NCBI GenBank assembly: GCA_964474355.1 | Contig: CAYYSY010000172.1 | Coordinates: 16,526-80,525 of the forward strand | Direction of reading: 5' to 3' | DNA from: an uncultured Spirochaetaceae bacterium | Lineage (GTDB): Bacteria > Myxococcota_A > UBA9160 > UBA4427 | Length of the DNA stretch: 64,000 bases | Part shown: positions 57,241-64,000 of the stretch, piece by piece | How positions within the stretch are numbered: position 1 is the stretch's first letter | Layout: every line of letters starts with the position of its first letter | Made by a program: the position numbers and the translations under genes | The notes under the pieces: model-generated | The model's input: only the letters and a program-made list of their open reading frames with translations | Told to the model about the DNA's origin: nothing | Databases searched by the model: none

Positions 57241-58283
57241 GCCCGGTTCGCAAACAGCTCGACGCGACCTTGCAGCGCTTCGAGCACCTCGAGGTGCTCG
57301 TCGTGGGCGACGTCATGCTCGACGAGTACCTGCTCGGCGAGGTCGATCGCGTGAGCCCGGAGGCGCCCGTCCCCATCGTCGCCGTAGAGCGCGAGGTACG
57401 CGCGCTCGGGGGCGCCGGCAACGTCGTACGCAACCTCGTGGCGCTCGGGGCGAGCGCGCGGCTCTGCAGCGTGGTCGGCGACGACGACGAGGGGCGGCGC
57501 ATCGTCGACCTGCTGAAGGAGCTCGGCGTCGACACGTCGGGCATCGTCGTCGACGATGCGCGGCGCACTACGCGCAAGACGCGCATCGTCGCGCGTGACC
57601 AGCAGATGATCCGGGCCGATCGCGAGGACGTGGAGCCGCTCGGCGACGACGCGCGCGACGCGCTCGAAGCGCGCGTGCGCGCTTCGCTGCGCGGCACCGA
57701 CGGTGCCGCCCTCGTCGACTACGGCAAGGGCGTGCTCGCCCCCGATGCTGCGCGCCGCCTCGTCGCGATGTGCGGCGAGGCCGGCGTCGATGTCGCCGTC
57801 GATCCGAAGGGGCATCTCGACGCCTACCGGGGGGTGCGGCTCGTGAAGCCCAATGCAGCCGAGGCGGCGGCGCTCCTGGGCGAGCCCGAGGTGTTGCCGG
57901 CGGCGTCCGGGCAGGGCGCGCACGCGTGGGCCAGGCGGCTGGGCGAGCGCCTGCCGGGCGCCGACGCCGCGCTCACGCTCGGCGGCGAGGGCATGGTCGT
58001 GCTCGAGGCCGGGTCGAAGGGAGCGCCCGAGCTGGTGCCCACGGCCTCGCTGGACGTCTACGATGTGCAGGGCGCCGGGGACACGAGCCTCGCCGCGCTC
58101 TGGCTCTCGCGGCTGGCCGGGGCGTCGCTCGTCGACGCGGCGCTGGTCGCGAATGCCGCGTCGGGCGTGGCCGTGTCGAAGGTGGGCACGGCGACGGCGA
58201 GCCGCGACGAGGTGCGCGAGCGGCTGGCCCGGGTGCTCGCGGCGGGCGCGCGCGAAGACGACGACGACGGAGGATCGCGATGA
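57237..58283 (+). CDS. D-beta-D-heptose 7-phosphate kinase (RfaE/HldE domain I type; no adenylyltransferase domain)
   Basis: VLVVGDVMLDEYLLGEVDRVSPEAPVPIV...GGAGNVVRNL...DVQGAGDT (PfkB-type). 348 aa. Confidence 0.85.
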   Translation: MSPVRKQLDATLQRFEHLEVLVVGDVMLDEYLLGEVDRVSPEAPVPIVAVEREVRALGGAGNVVRNLVALGASARLCSVVGDDDEGRRIVDLLKELGVDTSGIVVDDARRTTRKTRIVARDQQMIRADREDVEPLGDDARDALEARVRASLRGTDGAALVDYGKGVLAPDAARRLVAMCGEAGVDVAVDPKGHLDAYRGVRLVKPNAAEAAALLGEPEVLPAASGQGAHAWARRLGERLPGADAALTLGGEGMVVLEAGSKGAPELVPTASLDVYDVQGAGDTSLAALWLSRLAGASLVDAALVANAASGVAVSKVGTATASRDEVRERLARVLAAGAREDDDDGGSR

Positions 58284-59173
58284 TTCGCAGCATGACCGGC
58301 TTCGGCCGCGCCACCTTCGAGGTGGGACAGACGGTGTTCGAGGTCGAGATGCGGAGCGTGAACCATCGCCATCTCGACGCGCGGGTGAAGCTGCCCCGCG
58401 CGCTCTCCGATCGCGACGCAGAGGTGAAGGCGGCGATCCAGGCGCGGCTCGGCCGGGGCAAGGTCGACTGCAGCGTCTCGGTCTCGGGCCAGGCGGCCGC
58501 GCTCCAGGGCCGGGTGCAGGTCGATGCCGACGTGGCCGGTCAGTACGTCGACGCGGCGCACGCGCTCGCGGACGCCCACCGGCTGACCGGCGCGCTCGAC
58601 GTGTCGACCCTGCTCGGCATGCCGGGCGTGGTGCGCGTGACCGAGGTCGAGTGGGCCGACGACGACCTCGCCGCCGGGCTCGGGCGGGCGGTGGCCGAGG
58701 CGCTCGCCGCGCTCGAAGCGATGCGGGCCGCAGAGGGAGCGTCGTTGCAGGCGGAGCTCGAAGGGCGGCTCGACCGCGTGCTCGAGCTCGTCGGACAGTT
58801 CGAGGCGCGCTCGGGGCTCGTGGTCGAGGCGGCGAAGGAGCGCCTCAAGAAGCGCGCCGAGCAGCTGCGCCAGGAGACGGGCAGCTTCGACGACGCGCGA
58901 CTGCACCAGGAGATCGTCATCGCGGCCGACCGCCTCGACATCACCGAGGAGCTGGTGCGGCTGCGCAGTCACGTCGATCAGTTTCGCGCGATCCTCGCCG
59001 AGGGCGACGCCGGAAAGCCGGTGGGCCGGCGCCTCGACTTCCTGCTGCAGGAGATGGGGCGCGAGGCGAACACGGTGGGCTCGAAGGCGAACGACGCGCC
59101 GCTCGCCCACGACGTCGTCGAGCTGAAGGCGGAGCTCGAGCGGCTCCGCGAGCAGGTGCAGAACGTTGAGTAG
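58280..59173 (+). CDS. yicC: YicC-family stress-induced protein
   Basis: MIRSMTGFGRA...EMRSVNHRHLD...GREANTVGSKAND...[18 protein letters not shown]. Confidence 0.9.
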   Translation: MIRSMTGFGRATFEVGQTVFEVEMRSVNHRHLDARVKLPRALSDRDAEVKAAIQARLGRGKVDCSVSVSGQAAALQGRVQVDADVAGQYVDAAHALADAHRLTGALDVSTLLGMPGVVRVTEVEWADDDLAAGLGRAVAEALAALEAMRAAEGASLQAELEGRLDRVLELVGQFEARSGLVVEAAKERLKKRAEQLRQETGSFDDARLHQEIVIAADRLDITEELVRLRSHVDQFRAILAEGDAGKPVGRRLDFLLQEMGREANTVGSKANDAPLAHDVVELKAELERLREQVQNVE

Positions 59174-59244
59174 GGCCTGTCTCGGTAGAAGCGTGGTGGA
59201 TCTCGCCGGCCGGCTCACTCCGCGAGCAGGTGCAGAACGTTGAG
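59144..59244. repeat. 27-bp direct repeat of the yicC 3' end, 74-bp period
   Basis: ctccgcgagcaggtgcagaacgttgag at 59144-59170 (followed by TAG) and identically at 59218-59244 (followed by CAG). Confidence 0.95.
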
Positions 59245-59335
59245 CAGCGTCTCGACCCGCAAACCGGCCAAGGCCGCGGCGAAGCGTGCGACCGCGCGGG
59301 CGCCGGAGCGCCCTGCGGGCACCGACGTCCCGACC

Positions 59336-59587
59336 ATGATCAGCATCGGCTACGGCAACCTCGTGACCGCCGCGCGAGTGATTGCGATCGTATCGCCGCA
59401 GTCGAACCCGATGCGACGCCTGCGCGAAGAGGCGAGCGAGCGCGGGAAGCTCATCGACGCGACCGAGGGCCGACGCACGCGCTCGATCCTCGTGACCGAC
59501 AGCGACCACGTGATCCTGTCGGCGATCAACCCGGAGACCATCGCGGCGCGTCTCTCGCCCGAGGATCTGGAGGAAGATGGAAGTTGA
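59336..59587 (+). CDS. remA: RemA/DUF370 family regulator
   Basis: [29 protein letters not shown]...[37 protein letters not shown] aligns along its whole length with Bacillus RemA. The ORF-track TTG at 59240 lies inside the duplicated yicC tail. Confidence 0.8.
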   Translation: MISIGYGNLVTAARVIAIVSPQSNPMRRLREEASERGKLIDATEGRRTRSILVTDSDHVILSAINPETIAARLSPEDLEEDGS

Positions 59588-60296
59588 CCGGGCTCGAGCG
59601 ATATCGAAAGGGGAGTCAGGCGTGACCGGGCCCGCGCGCAAGGGAATCGCCTTCGTCGTGGCCGCGCCGAGTGGCACCGGCAAGACGACGATCTGTCACG
59701 CGGTGGTCGACGCCGACGATCAGATCGTGCACTCGATCTCGCACACGACGAGGCGGCCGCGCGAAGGCGAGGAGGATGGCATCCACTACCACTTCGTCGA
59801 CGCACAGACATTTCGGCGGATGGTCGACGACGGCGAGTTCCTCGAGCACGCGAGCTACAACGGCAATCTGTACGGCACGAGCCGCGAAGCGCTGCGCGTC
59901 GAGATGGAAGAGCGCGGCCGGGACGTGCTGCTCGAGATCGAGGTGCAGGGTGCGCAGCAGCTGCGCGAGAGGGACACCGGTGCGTGCTTCATCTTCTTGC
60001 TGCCGCCGAGCCTCACCGAGCTGGCGCGGCGCCTGCGGGCCCGGGGCACCGACGACGAGGAGACGATCAACAAGCGGCTCGCGATCGTCGACAACGAGCT
60101 GAAGGCCGTCGGACATTTCGACTACGCGGTCGTGAACGACGACCTCGATGACGCGATCGCCGCGGTGGCCGGGATCGTCGCCGCCGAACGCTCCGGCGAC
60201 GCCGCTGCGATCGAGCGCACGGCGGAGCGCCACGGGCGCGAGCGAGTCTGGGCCACGTGGCGCGAGGCCAACGAGAAGGACCTCCCGGCGAGCTGA
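59577..60296 (+). CDS. gmk: guanylate kinase
   Basis: [35 protein letters not shown]. The start is either ATG 59577 or GTG 59622. Confidence 0.9.
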   Translation: MEVDRARAISKGESGVTGPARKGIAFVVAAPSGTGKTTICHAVVDADDQIVHSISHTTRRPREGEEDGIHYHFVDAQTFRRMVDDGEFLEHASYNGNLYGTSREALRVEMEERGRDVLLEIEVQGAQQLRERDTGACFIFLLPPSLTELARRLRARGTDDEETINKRLAIVDNELKAVGHFDYAVVNDDLDDAIAAVAGIVAAERSGDAAAIERTAERHGRERVWATWREANEKDLPAS

Positions 60297-60381
60297 CGCG
60301 GCGCACCCGGCCCGGTTTGCCGCGCGCGGGGCCGACCCCTAATCTACGGCAACCCCGCGTCACGCAAGGTGTTTTCGCCCG

Positions 60382-62550
60382 ATGCTCCGCTTCAACGACA
60401 TCGCCGACCGGATGATCGAGCACAATCCGGACACGGACCTCACGCTGCTCCAGAAGGCCTACGTCTTCAGCGCGAAGGTGCACGAGGGGCAGGAGCGGCT
60501 CAGCGGGGAGCCGTACCTCATCCACCCGCTCGAGGTGGCCTACCTGCTCGTCGACATGCGCGTGGACGACGAGACCGTCGCCGCCGCGCTCCTCCACGAC
60601 ACGCTCGAGGACACGCTCACCACCAAGGAGGAGCTCGAGCAGGTCTTCGGCCAGAAGGTCGCGTTCCTGGTCGAGGGCCTGACCAAGATCGCGAAGATCG
60701 AGTTCAAGAGCGCCCGCGAACGCCAGGCCGAGAACTTCCGCAAGATGCTGATCGCGATGTCGACGGACATCCGCATCCTGCTGATCAAGCTCGCCGACCG
60801 GCTCCACAACATGCGGACGCTGAAGTTCATGAGCGACGATGCGAAGCATCGCATCGCGCAGGAGACGATGGACATCTACGTGCCGCTGGCCCATCGCCTC
60901 GGCATCTACTGGATGAAGCAGGAGCTCGAGGCGCTCTCGTTCCGCGAGCTGCACCCGAACCTCGTCGAAGAGCTCGAGCGGCAGGTGAAGGGCAGCCGCG
61001 AGGAGCGAGAGCAGTACGTCGAGGAGGTGATCGACACGATCTCGGCGAAGCTCGCGAGCGCGGGGCTCGAGGCCGAGGTCGCGGGCCGCTTGAAGGAGCT
61101 GTCCTCGATCCACAAGAAGATGCAGGCCCAGGCGCTCGCCCTGCACCAGATCTACGACATGATCGCTTTTCGGGTGGTGCTCGCGGGCAACGACGCCGAC
61201 TGCTATGGGGCGCTCGGGCTGATCCACTCGATGTGGCCGCCGGTGCCCGGCCGCTTCAAGGACTACGTCGCGCTGCCCAAGCCCAACGGGTATCGCTCGC
61301 TGCACACCACCGTGATCGGTCCCTACGGCGAGCGCATGGAGGTGCAGATCCGCACGGCGGAGATGCACGACGACGCCGAGTTCGGCATCGCGGCGCACTG
61401 GAAGTACAAGGAGGGGGTCGCCGACACCGGCGGTGACGAGCGGCACTTCGCGTGGCTGCGCGAGCTGCTCGAGCGCCAGCGCGAGGTGACCGATCCCCAC
61501 GAGTTCCTCGACGCGGTGAAGATGGATCTCTTCCCGGCCGAGGTCTTCGTGTTCACGCCCCAGGGCGAGGTGCTGAACCTGCCCCGCGGTGCGACGGCCC
61601 TCGACTTCGCGTACGCGATCCACACCGAGATCGGCAATCAATGCGTCGGTGCGCGCGTGAACGGCAAGCAGGTCTCGATCCGTCACGAGCTGCAGGACGG
61701 CGACACGGTCGAGGTGCAGACCGACCCCTATCAGCAGCCGCGCAAGGACTGGCTCGACTTCGTGGTCTCGAGCAAGGCGCGCAGCAACATCCGTCACGCG
61801 ATTCGCGTGGTCGAGCGCAATCGCGCGCGTCAGCTCGGTGAGGACATCCTGAACCGCGAGCTGCGTCGCGCCGGGCTCTCGCTGAGGAGCGTGCGTGACA
61901 GCGGCGAGCTCGCCGCGGCCGCCGCGGCCGAGATCCGTGACGGCACCGAGGACGACCTGTTCGCGTCGATCTCCTACGGCAAGCTCGCCGCGTCGAAGGT
62001 CGTGAAAAGGCTGAAGGGCGACGCCGAGGAGCCGCCGCCGGACGAGCGCCCGAGCGTGGTGCCGAGTCGCATCCGCAACCTGTTCAGCCGCACGCGTGAG
62101 ACCCACGACGGCTCGGGCATCCGCGTCTCGGGGCACAACGACGTGCTCGTGCGGATCGGCGGCTGCTGCGACCCGTTGCCCGGCGACGAGATCGTGGGCT
62201 TCGTGACCCGCGGCCGCGGCGTCACGGTCCACAGCCGCGGCTGCCCCCGCACCTTCGAGCTCGACACCGACCGGCGCATCGACGTCGACTGGGACGACGG
62301 CGATGGCCACGAGCGGCGCACGAAGATTCGCGTGCACACGAAGGACGCCCCCGGTGTGCTGGCGAAGGTGACCAACGCGATCTCGTCCTCGGGCATCAAC
62401 ATCGCCGGCGTGAAGGTGACGACGGACGCGAACGGCCAGGCCACGCAGAACTTCGAGCTCTGGGTCGGCGACGCGAAGACCTTGCAGGGGGTGATGCGCG
62501 AGATCCGGCGGGTGAAGGGCGTGATCGGCGTCGACCGCGTGCGCGGCTGA
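60382..62550 (+). CDS. spoT: bifunctional (p)ppGpp synthetase/hydrolase (RelA/SpoT homolog)
   Basis: HD domain (HPLEVA...HDTLEDT), synthetase (YRSLHTTV...EVQIRT), TGS (VFTPQGEV..LP.GAT.LDFAY) and C-terminal ACT. 722 aa. Confidence 0.95.
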   Translation: MLRFNDIADRMIEHNPDTDLTLLQKAYVFSAKVHEGQERLSGEPYLIHPLEVAYLLVDMRVDDETVAAALLHDTLEDTLTTKEELEQVFGQKVAFLVEGLTKIAKIEFKSARERQAENFRKMLIAMSTDIRILLIKLADRLHNMRTLKFMSDDAKHRIAQETMDIYVPLAHRLGIYWMKQELEALSFRELHPNLVEELERQVKGSREEREQYVEEVIDTISAKLASAGLEAEVAGRLKELSSIHKKMQAQALALHQIYDMIAFRVVLAGNDADCYGALGLIHSMWPPVPGRFKDYVALPKPNGYRSLHTTVIGPYGERMEVQIRTAEMHDDAEFGIAAHWKYKEGVADTGGDERHFAWLRELLERQREVTDPHEFLDAVKMDLFPAEVFVFTPQGEVLNLPRGATALDFAYAIHTEIGNQCVGARVNGKQVSIRHELQDGDTVEVQTDPYQQPRKDWLDFVVSSKARSNIRHAIRVVERNRARQLGEDILNRELRRAGLSLRSVRDSGELAAAAAAEIRDGTEDDLFASISYGKLAASKVVKRLKGDAEEPPPDERPSVVPSRIRNLFSRTRETHDGSGIRVSGHNDVLVRIGGCCDPLPGDEIVGFVTRGRGVTVHSRGCPRTFELDTDRRIDVDWDDGDGHERRTKIRVHTKDAPGVLAKVTNAISSSGINIAGVKVTTDANGQATQNFELWVGDAKTLQGVMREIRRVKGVIGVDRVRG

Positions 62551-63335
62551 TGGCCTCGTCCCCCGATCAGCGCGTACGACTGAGCGCCTGCGTCATGGCC
62601 GCCGACGACCCTTCGTTTCTCGAGCGCTGCCTGAAGGCGCTGCACTTCGTCGACGAGATCAACGTGCTGCTCGACGCGCGCCACGGCGATGCGTGCATGG
62701 CCGTCGCCGAGGCCCACGCGCATCACGTCGAGTCGCATCCCTACGAGGGCGACCTCGACCAGCGCCGCCGCTCGATCGCCATGGCCAGCCACGACTGGGT
62801 GCTCGTGGCCGACCCGGACGAGATCGTGAGCGACGCGCTCGCGACCGAGATCGCCCGGGCGATCGCCCAGGCGCCCGACGACCTGTACGGCTTCGAGCTC
62901 GATCGCGTGACGTGGCACCTCGGCCGTTGGATCGAGCACGGTGAGTTCCACCCCGACTGGAAGCTCCGAGTGGTGCGGAAGGCGCATGCGCGGGTGGCCG
63001 GGCTCGACCCCCATGGCCGCATCGAGGTCGATGGGCGGGTCGAGCGCCTGCGCGGCCGCTTCGAGCACTACAGCTACCGCGACCTCGCCGACCAGGTTCG
63101 GCGCATGCTCTTCTTCAGCGGAGAGGCGGCGCGCGCGATGCACGCCGAAGGGCGCCGCGCGCGCTTCTCGCATCTCGTGCTGCGGCCGCCGGCGCGCTTC
63201 CTGCGCGGCTATCTGCTGAAGCAGGGCTTCCGGGACGGCTGGCCGGGCTTCATGGTCGCGGTGATCACGAGCTTCTACGTGTTTCTCAAGTACGCGCGGC
63301 TCTGGGAGCTCGAGCTGACCTCGCGGCGCCGTTGA
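62550..63335 (+). CDS. glycosyltransferase family 2 (LPS-core type)
   Basis: LSACVMAADD...WVLVADPDE (DxD-like), later RFEHYSYRDL. TGATG overlap with spoT. Confidence 0.75.
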   Translation: MASSPDQRVRLSACVMAADDPSFLERCLKALHFVDEINVLLDARHGDACMAVAEAHAHHVESHPYEGDLDQRRRSIAMASHDWVLVADPDEIVSDALATEIARAIAQAPDDLYGFELDRVTWHLGRWIEHGEFHPDWKLRVVRKAHARVAGLDPHGRIEVDGRVERLRGRFEHYSYRDLADQVRRMLFFSGEAARAMHAEGRRARFSHLVLRPPARFLRGYLLKQGFRDGWPGFMVAVITSFYVFLKYARLWELELTSRRR

Positions 63336-64000
63336 CGTCGCCGGGCGAGAGCCCGGTCAGCTCACGGAAGCGCGCGCTGCGCGCGACCACGTCTGCCAGC
63401 GGGCCGTCCTCGGCGATGCGCCCCCGATCGAGCAGCAGCACGCGGTCGGCCCGGCGGATCGTCGACGTGCGATGCGCGACCACGAGCACCACGCGGTCGC
63501 CGCGCAGCCCCTCGATGGCGTCCTGCACGAGCCGCTCGGTCTCGACGTCGAGGGCGCTGGTCGCCTCGTCGAAGACGAAGATGGAAGCATTGCGCAGCAG
63601 CGCGCGCGCCACTGCGATGCGCTGGCGCTGTCCGCCCGAGAGGCGCAAGCCGAGCTCGCCGAGGCGCGTGTCCGGGCCATCGGGCAGCTCGCCGAGAAAG
63701 TCTTCCACCCGCGCTGCGCGCAGGGCGGCCGACACCTCTGCGTCGGAGGCGTCCGGGCGCCCGTAGCGCACGTTCTCGGTGAGCGTCGCGTCGAAGAGGA
63801 AGGGCTCCTGGCCGACGAGGGCGACGGCGCCGCGCAGGCTCTCGCGCCGCACGCCGCGCACGTCGAGGCCGCCCACCTCGATCACGCCCGCATCGGGGTC
63901 GTGGAAGCGCAGCAGCAGATCGACGAGCGTCGTCTTGCCCGCGCCGCTCGCGCCGACGAGCGCGGTGACCTCGCCGGGCGCGAGCTCGAAGCGCACGCCC
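63286..64000 (-). CDS. ABC exporter ATP-binding domain, MsbA-like (partial; N-terminus beyond the window end)
   Basis: GASGAGKTTLVDLL, LSGGQRQRIAVARALL, IFVFDEATSALD. The frame is open to the window edge. Confidence 0.8.
   Translation of the reverse strand, partial: GVRFELAPGEVTALVGASGAGKTTLVDLLLRFHDPDAGVIEVGGLDVRGVRRESLRGAVALVGQEPFLFDATLTENVRYGRPDASDAEVSAALRAARVEDFLGELPDGPDTRLGELGLRLSGGQRQRIAVARALLRNASIFVFDEATSALDVETERLVQDAIEGLRGDRVVLVVAHRTSTIRRADRVLLLDRGRIAEDGPLADVVARSARFRELTGLSPGDVNGAARSARAPRAART

Overview
This is a very GC-rich chromosomal segment (codon third positions are almost always G/C), so the six-frame track is full of long shadow ORFs. About 60 genes look real, and nearly all are on the + strand. 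All calls rest on motif recognition by eye; no homology search was run.

Gene content, left to right:
- A DEDDh exonuclease and tRNA-Glu(CUC).
- A type IV pilus module, pilA-pilG-pilH-pilI-pilD, with a near-consensus sigma-54 promoter. It is bracketed by tRNA-Glu and tRNA-Gln.
- gltX.
- yceD-rpmF-fabD-acpP-fabF, then glyA, then nrdR-ribD-ribH-nusB.
- A 15-kb, 12-gene chemosensory cluster: DUF4388/GAF protein, cheY, cheA, cheW, cheW, mcp, Zn-ribbon-receiver protein, HEAT-repeat protein, cheR, cheB, coiled-coil GAF protein, cheY.
- holA, rpsT, a TPR membrane protein and a second DUF4388 protein.
- phoH-ybeY and prfB, which carries the classical +1 frameshift site.
- lolE-lolD.
- An outer-membrane / lipid A / LPS-core block: bamA, skp, lpxA, lpxI, a Gfo/Idh/MocA oxidoreductase, lpxB, a waaA-lpxK fusion, a Kdo-kinase-like gene, two GT9 heptosyltransferases and a heptose kinase.
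- yicC-remA-gmk-relA/spoT, a GT2 glycosyltransferase and a partial msbA-like exporter.

The pilGHI genes, the DUF4388 proteins, the sigma-54 pilA promoter and the HEAT-repeat chemosensory cluster suggest a Myxococcota-like organism.

The most unusual thing I can see directly is not a gene. At 13 or more gene boundaries, the last codons plus stop codon of a gene are tandemly duplicated, and often the overlapping start of the next gene is duplicated too. There are 2-5 copies per locus, with periods from 13 to 143 bp. The products are chimeric mini-ORFs, stop-codon-laden spacers, or in-frame terminal peptide repeats. I found no CRISPR array, mobile element or rRNA.
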